Positions 1 through 10,091 are shown, counted from the stretch's first letter. The stretch: DNA of 64,000 nucleotides from Pseudomonadota bacterium (GCA_040384785.1 JAZKIR010000020.1:3152-67151), one strand, 5' to 3'. Made by a program: numbers and translations. Notes: generated from the letters alone by a model not told the origin.

Positions 1-1
1 C

Positions 2-580
2 ATCACCTTCATCAAGGCCAAAGGATTCACGCAGGTTGACCTGTTGGGGTTTTCGTTGGGCGGAATGGTTGCCCAGGACGTCGTGCTGAAGGAGCCGCTG
101 CTGGTCCGCAAGATGGTTCTTGCGGGAACCGGGCCTGCGGGTGGCGAGGGCATCAGCTCGGTGGCGGGCGTGACCTTCTACGACATGCTCCGAGGTTTCT
201 TTACGGGCCAGGATGCAAAGCAGTACCTGTTCTTTACCCGCACACCCAATGGCATCGAGGCCGGCAAGGCGTTCCTGCAACGACTGCAGGAGCGCACTGC
301 GAATCGCGACAAGGACATCTCGGTAAGCGCATTTATGGCCCAACTGCAGGCCCTGCGCGCCTGGGGCGACAAAGAACCAGCGGACCTCTCGGTCGTGAAG
401 CAACCTGTACTCGTTGTCAACGGCGATGCGGACCGCATGGTGCCCACGCCCAACACACACGACCTGGCGCGGCGGCTTCCGAACAGCACGCTGATCATTT
501 ATCCCGATGCGGGTCATGGCGGCATTTTCCAGTTCCATGCCGATTTCGTGCCCAGCGCACTTGCGTTCCTTGCCCGATAG
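2..580 (+). CDS. alpha/beta fold hydrolase (5'-truncated by the window edge)
   Basis: Frame is open from base 2; GFSLGG nucleophile elbow; GDADRMVP and YPDAGHGG acid/His motifs; paralogous to 1490..2335. Confidence 0.85.
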   Translation: MTFIKAKGFTQVDLLGFSLGGMVAQDVVLKEPLLVRKMVLAGTGPAGGEGISSVAGVTFYDMLRGFFTGQDAKQYLFFTRTPNGIEAGKAFLQRLQERTANRDKDISVSAFMAQLQALRAWGDKEPADLSVVKQPVLVVNGDADRMVPTPNTHDLARRLPNSTLIIYPDAGHGGIFQFHADFVPSALAFLAR

Positions 581-609
581 ATAGCCTTTGCCCACAGGAG
601 CACCCCAAC

Positions 610-1440
610 ATGACCGAACCACATTTCACAACCGCCAAGATTGGCAAGCGCGCGCTGGTGACCGGTGCCTCCAGCGGCATTGGTGCGGCCATCGCGCGCG
701 AGCTGGCGGCGCTCGGCGTTGATCTGGTGCTGACGGCACGGCGCCGCGACGCACTCGATGCGGTCGCCGCGACCTGCAAGGGCGTGAAGGTTGAGATCGT
801 CACCGCAGATCTGGGCAAGCCCGACGCGGCGCGTGCACTATGGGACGCCGCCACCGCCAGCGGTCCCATCGACATCCTGATCAACAACGCCGGGTTCGGC
901 TACTTCCGCCGATTCGACGAAGTGGATTGGTCGCGCGATGCGGAGCTGATCCAACTCAACATGACCTCGCTCGTGGCGCTGGCGCGGTGCTTTGTGGATG
1001 CGCACAAGGCCAGCACTGGACCCGCGCACATGGTGAACATCGCGTCGACCGGTGCCTACCAATCCGTGCCGAACATGGCGCTGTATGCCGCGTCGAAGGC
1101 GTTCGTCCGTAACTTCAGCGAGGGCCTGCATGACGAGCACCGCGGCACGCCGCTGTCGGTGACCTGCATCTGCCCTGGCGGCACCGAAACTGCGTTCCAC
1201 GCCGCGTCCGGCGGGGGCGACTACTCATGGATTGCGAATGCGTCGACGAAAAGCGCGGAGTTCGTGGCGCAGGCCGCAATCCGCGCGATGCTGGCTGGCA
1301 AGCGCACGGTGGTGCCAGGCCTATTTAACAAGTTATCAACCTTCGGCGTGCGCTTCTTGACGCGGCGCTTCGCATCAAAGGTGGCGACCCAAGTGCTCGG
1401 CCAACCACGCTTGGCGTTGCCGGTGCGAAGCGCGACGTGA
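610..1440 (+). CDS. Short-chain dehydrogenase/reductase (SDR)
   Basis: TGASSGIG, NNAG and YAASK motifs; AGGAG RBS. Confidence 0.9.
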   Translation: MTEPHFTTAKIGKRALVTGASSGIGAAIARELAALGVDLVLTARRRDALDAVAATCKGVKVEIVTADLGKPDAARALWDAATASGPIDILINNAGFGYFRRFDEVDWSRDAELIQLNMTSLVALARCFVDAHKASTGPAHMVNIASTGAYQSVPNMALYAASKAFVRNFSEGLHDEHRGTPLSVTCICPGGTETAFHAASGGGDYSWIANASTKSAEFVAQAAIRAMLAGKRTVVPGLFNKLSTFGVRFLTRRFASKVATQVLGQPRLALPVRSAT

Positions 1441-1489
1441 TATCACAGAGGCGCAGGCAGCCCCCACCCACCCACAGGAGCATCCCACC

Positions 1490-2335
1490 ATGACCGATAC
1501 ACATTTCACCACCCCCACGCGCTTTGTCGAAGTCAATGGCGACAAGCTCGCGTACCGCCGCTGGGGCAACACCGCGACAGACCAGCCACCACTGTTTTTC
1601 TTGCAACACTTTCGTGGCGGTATGGACCATTGGGACCCGCTGATGACGGATGGCCTCGCCGCAGGGCGTGAGGTGATCCTGTTCAACGGGCGCGGTGTTG
1701 CATCTTCAACAGGCACACCGCGCACCCGGATCGAGGATATGGCCGATGACGCGGCGGCGGCCATCCGCGCACTTGGGCTGCGCCAAGTTGATGTGTTGGG
1801 TTTCTCGCTCGGCGGTTTTCAGGCCCAGGACCTGACCCGGCGCCACCCCGACCTGGTTCGCAAGCTCATGCTGCTGGGAACCGGACCACGCGGCGGCAAT
1901 CCTGATTCAGAGCCTGGCGTGCTGGAGAGGGCACCGCGTCCTGTTCCAACCATCGACGATTTTTTGTTTCTTTTCTTCGGTCGTTCCGAGGCAGCGAAGC
2001 AGGCCGGACGTGCCTTCTGGGAGCGCCGTCACCAGCGCAAGGAACAAGACCCACCCAGCTCCCCCGAAGTGATACAAGCCCAGATCGAGGCGAATATGTA
2101 CTACCTGCCAAAGCTGGATCCCAAGGCGCCTTTCGCCCACTTGCGTGACATCAAACAGCCGACATTCATCCTCAATGGCGTCAACGACGTGATGATTCCG
2201 ACCATCAATTCCTGGCACATGGGCCAGAACATCCCGAATGCCCAACTGTTCATCTACCCGGATGCCGGCCATGCGGCCCAGTTCCAGTACCCCGAGCGCT
2301 TCTTGCAACACGCCATCCAGTTTCTCGGCGAGTAG
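1490..2335 (+). CDS. alpha/beta fold hydrolase
   Basis: GFSLGG elbow, GVNDVMIP and YPDAGHAA motifs; AGGAG RBS. Confidence 0.9.
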   Translation: MTDTHFTTPTRFVEVNGDKLAYRRWGNTATDQPPLFFLQHFRGGMDHWDPLMTDGLAAGREVILFNGRGVASSTGTPRTRIEDMADDAAAAIRALGLRQVDVLGFSLGGFQAQDLTRRHPDLVRKLMLLGTGPRGGNPDSEPGVLERAPRPVPTIDDFLFLFFGRSEAAKQAGRAFWERRHQRKEQDPPSSPEVIQAQIEANMYYLPKLDPKAPFAHLRDIKQPTFILNGVNDVMIPTINSWHMGQNIPNAQLFIYPDAGHAAQFQYPERFLQHAIQFLGE

Positions 2336-2380
2336 AACGCTTTTGAAACGCGCGCAACCATTTAGAGAAAGAAAACCACC

Positions 2381-2773
2381 ATGTTGAAGTTCACATTCTT
2401 GTTATGGGCCCTGACGAGGCTGTTGCAGCGAGCGGTCAAAACAAATCCTGCCTGCGCAAAGTATGTGGAAGGAAAAGAACTGGTTTTCCAGATGCGAACC
2501 CGTGGCGGAATGGGCCGCCACTTCAGCATCCAGAACGGCAGGGTGCGCTCCACCGCCGGGCTCACCGACCATCCGCAGTTCACCTTCACGTTCAGCAACG
2601 CGGCCAAGGGCTTTGCCATTCTTTCGGCGAAGGACGGCAAGCAAGCCTTTCTGACCGCATTACACGACGAGGATCTGGTTGTCAGTGGGGACTTTGTTGA
2701 AGTGATGTGGTTTCAGGGACTGACGGAATACCTGCAGCCCAATAAGTCCGGCGCCTTAGTGCACGCCACTTGA
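2381..2773 (+). CDS. Conserved hypothetical protein, probable SCP2/sterol-carrier-like fold
   Basis: 130 aa with an SCP2-like pattern, ending in VVSGDFVEVMWFQGL. Confidence 0.55.
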   Translation: MLKFTFLLWALTRLLQRAVKTNPACAKYVEGKELVFQMRTRGGMGRHFSIQNGRVRSTAGLTDHPQFTFTFSNAAKGFAILSAKDGKQAFLTALHDEDLVVSGDFVEVMWFQGLTEYLQPNKSGALVHAT

Positions 2774-2817
2774 CAGGCTGGCTTGATGGATTTGGCTTTA
2801 CAAGCTAAGTGGGGCTG

Positions 2818-2860
2818 TAGCCCTCGTGGAATATGCGCAAGCAGCTATCAAGTTAGCAGT
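2818..2860. repeat. Second dispersed repeat family (TAGCCCTCGT...GCTAT)
   Basis: Related copies at 6025-6068, 36171-36213, 46581-46620 (reverse) and 56981-57024. Confidence 0.7.
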
Positions 2861-2993
2861 AAATGACATCGGCTAACACGTTGCAACCCGCGCCGCCCCC
2901 AGGCAAACCTTGTTGTAGTGGGGGTGTCTCCGAGCAATGCGGTTCCGCGGCTGTGGGATGACCGCAAGCCGTAAGCATTGACCCCCCTGGCCC

Positions 2994-4124
2994 CTACGCC
3001 AGATGCTTGTTAAAAAACGCCGTGAGCTTGGCCCAAGGAATCAGGTTTACGCGGTCATAAAGATCAACGTGGCCGGCGCCCGGAACGATGAATAGTTCCT
3101 TGGGTTCGGCAGCGCGCCGATAGGCATCTTCACTAAACTCTTTGGAATGCGCCTTGTCGCCGGTGATGAAGAGCATGGGACGCGGAGAAATCGTCTCGAT
3201 ATCATCGAAGGGATAAAAGTTCATGAACTTGACATTGCTGGTCAGTGTCGGGTGTGTCGTCAGCAGCCGCGTCGAGCTTTTAGGCGTGTATTCACCGCGT
3301 GGGGTGCGGTAGAAGTCATAAAACTCACGCTGAATCGGGTGGGTTTTTTCATTCAATACGTGCTCGGTTCCGCTGGTGTATTTGACCTGCCCGCCAGCGA
3401 ACTCTGCCCAGCGCTGTTCCACCGCGTCAGCAATGATTTTCTTTCTTTGCTCCAGTGTTTGCGATTTGTTGAGCGCATGGCGGTTGGCTGCGCCCATGTC
3501 ATACATGCTGACCGTCGCAATGGCTTTCATGCGGGGATCGATTTTGGCCGCGCTGATGATGAAGCTGCTGCTGCCGCATATACCAAGGGCACCAATCTGC
3601 CGCCTGTCAACAAAGGACTGGGAACCCAAAAAATCCACCGCAGCGCTGAAATCTTCGGCGTAAATATCCGGTGCAACAGCGTTGCGGGGTTGGCCATCAC
3701 TCTCACCCCAGAAAGACAAGTCCAAGGACAGGGTGACGAACCCCTGTTCGGCCATTTTTGTGGCGTACAGATTGGCGCTTTGTTCCTTGACGGCCCCCAT
3801 GGGGTGTCCCACAACGATGGCTGGGTTTTTCTTACTGCGGTCAAGATTTTTGGGCGTGAAAAGATTCCCGACGACCTCCATCTTGTACTGATTCTTGAAC
3901 GTCACCTTCTGCATCGCCACTTGGTTGCTCGTATAAAAATTGTTGGCGCCATTCGACATGTCGGGAGCCGTCTGCGCATGTGCAGCAAAGGGCGCACCAG
4001 CCACGCCCAATGCGCCCAGCGCGGCCACGCCGGTACCGGTCACTTTCAGAAAACTACGTCGGTCAGCGGCTGATGGGGATAACGCTTCTGGGGTCTCAAG
4101 ACTTTGGTTGATTGGCATGTTCAT
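2994..4124 (-). CDS. Tat-exported alpha/beta hydrolase (YcjY/dienelactone-hydrolase-like)
   Basis: RRSFLK twin-arginine signal; GHPMGAVKEQ, GICGS and GAGHVDLYD motifs; start moved to ATG 4124 after a GGAG RBS. Confidence 0.8.
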   Translation of the reverse strand: MNMPINQSLETPEALSPSAADRRSFLKVTGTGVAALGALGVAGAPFAAHAQTAPDMSNGANNFYTSNQVAMQKVTFKNQYKMEVVGNLFTPKNLDRSKKNPAIVVGHPMGAVKEQSANLYATKMAEQGFVTLSLDLSFWGESDGQPRNAVAPDIYAEDFSAAVDFLGSQSFVDRRQIGALGICGSSSFIISAAKIDPRMKAIATVSMYDMGAANRHALNKSQTLEQRKKIIADAVEQRWAEFAGGQVKYTSGTEHVLNEKTHPIQREFYDFYRTPRGEYTPKSSTRLLTTHPTLTSNVKFMNFYPFDDIETISPRPMLFITGDKAHSKEFSEDAYRRAAEPKELFIVPGAGHVDLYDRVNLIPWAKLTAFFNKHLA

Positions 4125-4203
4125 ATTGGGTGCTCCGGTTGAAAATGGAAATGGAAATGGAAAAGGAAGCGAAGATCGAGAAAGTGCTCTTTGCGGATGA
4201 CGG

Positions 4204-4689
4204 TCAATCCTTGAGGCGCTCAATCCTGACCTTCAGCGGCCCCGGACGCTGCAAGGCGGCCAAGCCGGTAACCACCTTGCCGAGTGGCACGAGCCCGCTT
4301 GCATACACGTTGTCGCCCGCGAAAATGGTCAGGTTGTTCCAAGGCGCGTAGTAGGTGATGTCGCCTTCCACCGGGTCCAGACCTTTCGGCGCGCCCGCCG
4401 TGGTCAGCTTGCGCGGCATGTCGCCGATACGTTCGACATTGGCAAAGTCCGTCAAGATCAGCGAGAACGGCAACAGGGCTGCGAAGTCGCGGGCGGTAGC
4501 GTTGTCGTACAACGTGGCGGTGGCGATTTCACCGTTGACGTTCAGGCGAATTTTCATGGGCGGCTCCTGTGCAAATGCGGGGAAGGTGCACATGGCAAAC
4601 AAGGTGCATACAGACAGTGCCGCAGCGTTCAGCCACGCCAACGCTCCGCACCGATCTGCGCCTGCAGTCCTGAGAGGGACGGCCTTCAT
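4204..4689 (-). CDS. Cyclophilin-like fold protein
   Basis: ATLYDNATARDFAALLP and GDITYYAPWNNLTIF are typical of this family. Confidence 0.75.
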   Translation of the reverse strand: MKAVPLRTAGADRCGALAWLNAAALSVCTLFAMCTFPAFAQEPPMKIRLNVNGEIATATLYDNATARDFAALLPFSLILTDFANVERIGDMPRKLTTAGAPKGLDPVEGDITYYAPWNNLTIFAGDNVYASGLVPLGKVVTGLAALQRPGPLKVRIERLKD

Positions 4690-4789
4690 GCGAGTGCTCC
4701 TTGTCTTCTTCTTTGGGTTCGTTGCGCCATGGGGACAAGTTTGGCGATTACGGTGGACTCTGACTAGATAATGAGTGGTTATATGGTTT

Positions 4790-4808
4790 ATTAGTTGTGC
4801 TAACTAAT
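4790..4808. promoter_or_regulatory. Putative LysR operator
   Basis: Perfect inverted repeat ATTAGTT-N5-AACTAAT containing T-N11-A, in the divergent intergenic region. Confidence 0.55.
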
Positions 4809-4828
4809 ATTCCGGGCAAACTGGATGC

Positions 4829-5743
4829 ATGGCACGACGCAATCTCAACGATTTACTGGCTTTTGTCACCGTGGCGCGGGAGGGCAGTTTTACCCGTGCG
4901 GCCGCTACGCTGGGGGTCACGCAATCGGCGCTCAGCCAGGCTATCAGCGGGCTGGAGACACGTTTGCGCATCCGCCTGCTGACACGCACCACGCGCAGCG
5001 TGGCACCCACAGCGGCAGGCGAACGCCTGGCACAGGCGATTGGCCACCGCTTCGACGAGATCGAGGCCGAACTGGACGCACTGACCGAACTGCGCGACAA
5101 GCCTGCGGGCACCGTGCGCATCACCTGTGGCGACCACGTGCTGCGCACCACGCTGCTGCCGAAGCTGGCGCCCTTGCTGCTGGAGTACCCTGATCTGAAA
5201 GTGGAGTTCGATGTCAACTACGGCTTCAGGGACATCGTGGCCGACCGCTTCGATGCAGGCGTTCGCCTGGGCGACTACATCGACAAGGACATGGTCGCTG
5301 TACCGATTGGCCCCAAGCTGCGCATGGCCGCTGTCGCCACGCCGCTGTACTTCGCCACCCATCCCGCGCCGCGAACGCCGCGCGACCTGACCGCACACCG
5401 GTGTATCAACATCCGCCATTCACCGCAGAGCGGGATCTACGTCTGGGAGTTCGAGCGGCAGGGCCAGCCGCTCAATGTGCGCGTGGAGGGCCAGGCGGTT
5501 TTCAACACCACACCGCCCATAGTGGACGCAGCGCTGGCCGGGCTGGGCATTGCTTTTTTGCCGGAAGAAGAGTTTGCGCCCCACATCGAGCAAGGCCGCC
5601 TGGTGCGTGTGCTGGAAGATTGGTGCCCGCCGTTTGCCGGCTACTTTTTGTACTACCCCAGCCGGCGGCAGTCCTCACCGGCGTTTGCTCTGGTCATGGA
5701 AGCATTGCGTGTGGTTGGTAACGTCAAACCCAAGCGACGCTGA
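4829..5743 (+). CDS. LysR family transcriptional regulator
   Basis: N-terminal HTH (SFTRAAATLGVTQSALSQ...RTTRSV) plus substrate-binding domain. Confidence 0.95.
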   Translation: MARRNLNDLLAFVTVAREGSFTRAAATLGVTQSALSQAISGLETRLRIRLLTRTTRSVAPTAAGERLAQAIGHRFDEIEAELDALTELRDKPAGTVRITCGDHVLRTTLLPKLAPLLLEYPDLKVEFDVNYGFRDIVADRFDAGVRLGDYIDKDMVAVPIGPKLRMAAVATPLYFATHPAPRTPRDLTAHRCINIRHSPQSGIYVWEFERQGQPLNVRVEGQAVFNTTPPIVDAALAGLGIAFLPEEEFAPHIEQGRLVRVLEDWCPPFAGYFLYYPSRRQSSPAFALVMEALRVVGNVKPKRR

Positions 5744-5750
5744 GGGCGGT

Positions 5751-5948
5751 TCAGATTCGTTCCAGCAAATGTGGCCGGGTAACTTGAATAATCCAGTTGA
5801 GCACCGCCTCCACACGCGGTGCTATGTGCCTGCGGTGGGGAAGAAGCAGGGAAACCAGTAGCCAGGGCGGTGTGAATTCCGGTAGTACCTCAACCAGCTC
5901 GCCACTGTCGCTCAAGCGCTGGCATGTTGGGATGGACACCTTCAGCAT
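5751..5948 (-). pseudogene. C-terminal remnant of a LysR regulator
   Basis: SGELVEVLPEF...LLPHRRHIAPRVEAVLNW matches LysR C-termini; no HTH-encoding region upstream. Confidence 0.6.
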
Positions 5949-6096
5949 GGATACCGACGTGCAACGGTGCGTGGATGGGATTCTTACTTCACTGTGGCTG
6001 TTTGGCTTAAGAGAAACCTGGCGCTAGCCCTCGTGCAGATTGCTTGATCCGCTATAAAAATACTAGCAACGCTGAGGGCCGATCCGCGCACTGTGG

Positions 6097-7014
6097 TCAA
6101 GGGCTTGCGCGAAACCGCCATTCCACCTGCAGTGCCACGCTTTCACCCGCATGCAACACACGCAGGCCCGGCTGGCCCGGCGCATGGAATGCGTCAATGG
6201 GGTGGGTCACCGGTTCAAAGCAGAAGGCGGGTCCGACGGGCGGGCGGTACAACAAACAATAACCGTCGTGCTGGCCTGCGTCATGGGTAACCGGCACGCG
6301 CATCTCCAGTTGCAACTGGTGTTCGGGCCAATCAATGCGGCCCAGTCCGGACCAGCCGGTGAAGGCGTTGTCGACCAGCGTGCCGTTCACGTCCAGCCCA
6401 CCGTTCAGATCCCAGGTGGCGGGCAAGTCGGTCGTGTGGATGGTCGGCAAGGGGTCTGCACCGCTGAGCCAGACCCCTTGCACGGCCGCTTGCAATCTCG
6501 TTTGCGGCGTGCGCAGAAACCAGGGGTGCAGCCCCAGGCCATAGGGCAGGGGAGACTCGCCCAGGTGCGTCACGCTGACGGACTGGTTGAGCCCACCGTC
6601 GACCAGTTGGAAGGTCTGCGTGGCGCGGTAGTCATACGGGTTGCCGTCAAAGTGATGGGACTCCAGCGCCATGACCAGCGTGTCCTGGTCGGGCTGGCTC
6701 AAGGTCCAGGGCTGCAGCCAACCGTCGCCATGGATGGGGTAGGGCTCACCGACGCGGTTCGGCGCCATGGCATGGAATTGCCCACCCTGTTCAAAACCGC
6801 CACCACTGATGCGGTTGGACCAGGGCAGCATCGCAAACGAGGCCAGCGAATAGCGGTCGGGGTTGTGGCCGTCCCAGGGGCGCCACAGGTCCAGCACATC
6901 ACCGTGTGCGCGCTCCAGTTGCCAGGCGGCGACACCGCCGCCCAACGTGGGTACCAGGCCCAGGCGTTGGCCAGCGTGGTGGAGCCAGACGATGGAGTGT
7001 TGCGGCAAAGTCAT
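6097..7014 (-). CDS. Aldose 1-epimerase (mutarotase) family protein
   Basis: PWSNRI, IHGDGW, GLHPWF, DNAF and CFEP motifs; start set at ATG 7014. Confidence 0.9.
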   Translation of the reverse strand: MTLPQHSIVWLHHAGQRLGLVPTLGGGVAAWQLERAHGDVLDLWRPWDGHNPDRYSLASFAMLPWSNRISGGGFEQGGQFHAMAPNRVGEPYPIHGDGWLQPWTLSQPDQDTLVMALESHHFDGNPYDYRATQTFQLVDGGLNQSVSVTHLGESPLPYGLGLHPWFLRTPQTRLQAAVQGVWLSGADPLPTIHTTDLPATWDLNGGLDVNGTLVDNAFTGWSGLGRIDWPEHQLQLEMRVPVTHDAGQHDGYCLLYRPPVGPAFCFEPVTHPIDAFHAPGQPGLRVLHAGESVALQVEWRFRASP

Positions 7015-7056
7015 GGGAAAGGGTCCTAAAAAACAAAGGGTAAAGCTAGCGTGGGC

Positions 7057-7199
7057 TATTGATCTTTCCACAATTCACGACAGAGACATTGTCCGTTCGC
7101 CCTGAGCCTGTCGAAGGGCTTAAGGCTTCGACAAGGCCCGTCCTGAGCCCGTCGAAGGGCTCAGCCCGAACGGTGTCGTGCAATACGGAACGCTCAATA
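7057..7199. repeat. Palindromic REP/MITE-like element, copy 1 (TATTGA...TCAATA ends)
   Basis: Core CCGTTCGCCCTGAGCCTGTCGAAGGG...GCTCAGCCCGAACGG recurs seven times in the window. Confidence 0.85.
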
Positions 7200-7206
7200 A
7201 GCGCCG

Positions 7207-8130
7207 CTATCCAGCAAAAACGTTCGCGGGCAAACCAGGGCTGTCCACGTCCACGCAAAACAGGCTGCCGGCCAGCGGCTGGGCCGCCAGTTGCGCGGGC
7301 GTCAGTCCGAAACAGGCGCTGCTGATGAACAGGGTCTTGAGGTCAACCCCGCCAAACGCGCAGTTGGTGATGTGGCTGGTTGGCAGCGTGATGCGGGCCA
7401 GCTCCGCTGCGCTGTGCGGGTCGTGGCAGGTGACGCAGGCGGCGCCCCAGTGGGCGATCCACAGGCGCCCGGCTGCGTCGGTGGTCATGCCATCGGGGTA
7501 TCCGTCGTGCTCCGCAAACCGCAGCCATACGCGCGGCTCACCCAGCGTGCCACTGTCGGGGTCAAAGTCAAAGGCGTTCACCCGGCCTTGCACGGTGTCG
7601 TTGAAGTACATCGTGCGGCCATCCAAGGACCAGGTCGGACCATTGGTAACGGTGTAGCCATCCACCATGCGGCTGCACCGTTCGTCCGGTGTGAACCGGT
7701 AAAGCGCGCCGGTGGGCAGCTTGCAATCAAAGTCCATGGTGCCGCCCCAGAAGCGGCCCTGCGCATCACACTTGCCGTCGTTGAAGCGGTTGCCGCTGCG
7801 CTCGGGCTCGGGTTGGTGCAGGCGCTGCAGCGCATGGGTGTCCGGGTCAAAAAAGGCAAAACCCTGGCGCAGCGTGACCAGCAGCCCCGGCGCTGCAGCG
7901 CGTTCGGCCACGGCGGAAATTTCTTCGTCAAACGCCCAGCTGTCCCGCGTTTGTGTGGCCGGGTGGTAGCGGTGCAGCTGGTGCCCCAGGATGTCCACCC
8001 AGTACAGCGCTTGCTGGCGCTGCGACCACACGGTGCCTTCACCCAGCGTCGCCCCGGCGGCCCAGATACAACGTGGCGTGCCCAGCATGCGCGGGACAGC
8101 TAAGGCAGATGTGGCGGAAATGTCAGGCAC
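7207..8130 (-). CDS. SMP-30/gluconolactonase family lactonase (probable L-arabinonolactonase/galactonolactonase)
   Basis: LGEGTVW, RFNDGKCD, NGPTWS, PDGMTTD and TNCAFGG motifs; lies in the sugar-acid operon. Start is GTG 8130 or ATG 8088. Confidence 0.85.
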   Translation of the reverse strand: MPDISATSALAVPRMLGTPRCIWAAGATLGEGTVWSQRQQALYWVDILGHQLHRYHPATQTRDSWAFDEEISAVAERAAAPGLLVTLRQGFAFFDPDTHALQRLHQPEPERSGNRFNDGKCDAQGRFWGGTMDFDCKLPTGALYRFTPDERCSRMVDGYTVTNGPTWSLDGRTMYFNDTVQGRVNAFDFDPDSGTLGEPRVWLRFAEHDGYPDGMTTDAAGRLWIAHWGAACVTCHDPHSAAELARITLPTSHITNCAFGGVDLKTLFISSACFGLTPAQLAAQPLAGSLFCVDVDSPGLPANVFAG

Positions 8131-8136
8131 GATGCT

Positions 8137-8254
8137 TATTGATCTTTCTGCAATTCGCGAAAAATACGCTTCCGTTCGCCCTGAGCCTGTCGAAGGGCCT
8201 AAAGGCTTCGACAAGCTCAGCCCGAACGGTGTATTGAAATACGGAACTCTCAAT
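8137..8254. repeat. Palindromic REP/MITE-like element, copy 2
   Basis: Same TATTGATCTTTC...GGAACTCTCAAT ends and core as copy 1. Confidence 0.85.
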
Positions 8255-8264
8255 CGCGGGCCGC

Positions 8265-9989
8265 TCAATGCGATTCACGCGGAACGGCCGCGCCGGAGCC
8301 GCCGACCAGGAAGTCCAGATCAGCCCCCAGGTGGGCCTGCTGCACATGGTCCACATACAGCTTCTGGTAGCCGCGGTTCGGGTGCACCGGGGGTTTCCAG
8401 CTCAGGCGCCGGTGTGCCAGTTCTTCTTCCGACACTTCCAGGTGCAGCCTGCGGCCGGCAACGTCGAGCACTATCATGTCGCCGTTTTGCACCAGGGCCA
8501 AGGGGCCGCCCGCGGCCGCCTCGGGTGAGGTGTGCAACACCACGGTGCCATAGGCGGTGCCGCTCATGCGGCCGTCGCTGATGCGCACCATGTCGGTAAT
8601 GCCTTTTTGCAGAATCTTTGGGGGCAGCGGCATATTGCCCACTTCCGCCATGCCGGGGTAGCCCTTGGGGCCGCAGTTCTTCAGCACCATGATGCAGTGT
8701 TCGTCGATGTCCAGCTCGTCGCCGTCAATGCGGGCGTGGAAGTCTTCAATGTCTTCAAACACCACGGCCCGGCCACGGTGTTGCAGCAGGTGGGCCGACG
8801 CGGCCGATGGTTTGATGACCGCGCCATTGGGCGCCAGGTTGCCGCGCAGCACCGCAATGCCGGCGTCTTTCATGAAGGGCTCTTCCGGGGTCTTGATGAC
8901 CTCGCGGTTGTAGCAGGGCGCGTGTTCAATGTTCTCGCCCAAGGTCTTGCCATTGGCGGTGATGGCACCCAGGTGCAGCAGCGGGCGGATCTCGCGCAGG
9001 ATGGCGGGCAGGCCACCGGCGTAGTAAAAATCTTCCATCAAGAATTTGCCGGATGGTTGCAGGTTCAGCAGGCAGGGCACGGCGGCGCCCAGGCGGTCCC
9101 AATCGTCCAGGTCCAGCTTCACACCCATGCGCCCGGCAATGGCGATCAGGTGGATCACCGCGTTGGTGGAGCCGCCGATGGCGGCGTTGGTGCGGATGGC
9201 GTTTTCAAACGCCTCGCGCGTCAGGATCTGCGACATGCGCAGGTCTTCCTTGACCATCTCCACGATGCGGCGTCCGCTCATCTGCGCCAGGCGGTTGCGC
9301 CGCGTGTCGGGCGCGGGAATGGCGGCATTCTCGGGCAGTGACATGCCCAGCGCCTCGACCATGCTGGCCATGGTGCTGGCCGTGCCCATGGTCATGCAAC
9401 TGCCCTTGGAGCGGTGCATGTCGCACTCGGCCGCCGTGAAATCTTCTTGCGTCATTTCACCGGCGCGCACCATTTCGCTCATCTGCCACACACCGGTGCC
9501 CGAGCCAATGTCCTTGCCGCGGAACTTGCCGTTGAGCATGGGCCCGCCGGAGACACCAATCGTCGGCAGGTCACAACTGGCCGCGCCCATCATCAGCGAG
9601 GGCGTGGTCTTGTCGCAACCCATCAACAACACCACGCCGTCAATGGGGTTGCCGCGGATCGACTCTTCCACGTCCATACTGGCCAGGTTGCGAAACAGCA
9701 TGGCGGTGGGGCGCAGTTGTGTCTCGCCCAGCGACATCACCGGGAATTCGAGCGGAAAGCCGCCGGCCTCGTAGACGCCGCGTTTGACAAACTCGGCCAG
9801 CTCGCGAAAGTGGCCATTGCAGGGCGTCAGCTCGCTCCAGGTGTTGCAGATGCCGATGACGGGGCGGCCATCCAGCTCGTCGTGGGGGTAGCCCTGGTTT
9901 TTGAGCCAGCTGCGGTGCATGAAACCATCACGGTCGGTCTTGCCAAACCAGGCCTGGCTGCGGCGAAATGGGTGTTTTTTGGAGTCCAT
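8265..9989 (-). CDS. IlvD/Edd family dehydratase (probable L-arabinonate/D-galactonate dehydratase)
   Basis: ELTPCN, GCDKTTP, SCMTMGTASTM, AIGGSTN and DGRMSGT motifs; start set at ATG 9989. Confidence 0.9.
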   Translation of the reverse strand: MDSKKHPFRRSQAWFGKTDRDGFMHRSWLKNQGYPHDELDGRPVIGICNTWSELTPCNGHFRELAEFVKRGVYEAGGFPLEFPVMSLGETQLRPTAMLFRNLASMDVEESIRGNPIDGVVLLMGCDKTTPSLMMGAASCDLPTIGVSGGPMLNGKFRGKDIGSGTGVWQMSEMVRAGEMTQEDFTAAECDMHRSKGSCMTMGTASTMASMVEALGMSLPENAAIPAPDTRRNRLAQMSGRRIVEMVKEDLRMSQILTREAFENAIRTNAAIGGSTNAVIHLIAIAGRMGVKLDLDDWDRLGAAVPCLLNLQPSGKFLMEDFYYAGGLPAILREIRPLLHLGAITANGKTLGENIEHAPCYNREVIKTPEEPFMKDAGIAVLRGNLAPNGAVIKPSAASAHLLQHRGRAVVFEDIEDFHARIDGDELDIDEHCIMVLKNCGPKGYPGMAEVGNMPLPPKILQKGITDMVRISDGRMSGTAYGTVVLHTSPEAAAGGPLALVQNGDMIVLDVAGRRLHLEVSEEELAHRRLSWKPPVHPNRGYQKLYVDHVQQAHLGADLDFLVGGSGAAVPRESH

Positions 9990-10078
9990 GTTTTCCAGGA
10001 ATCTTTCAGTGTGGATGGGCCCTGGGGGGCTTGACAAAGCGCATCGTAGCAAGGCACAGTGATAATGAAAAATACTTA

Positions 10079-10091
10079 AATTGATATTTTC
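10079..10091. promoter_or_regulatory. Candidate regulator site AATTGATATTTTC
   Basis: Identical 13-mer at 36061-36073; lies within tandem AATAC(T/C)TAAATTG repeats with a 21-bp period. Confidence 0.4.

Noticed and set aside
4141-4168. (GGAAAT)n short tandem repeat as a phase-variation tract
   Set aside because: There are only about three intergenic units and no evidence of an effect on a promoter or reading frame.
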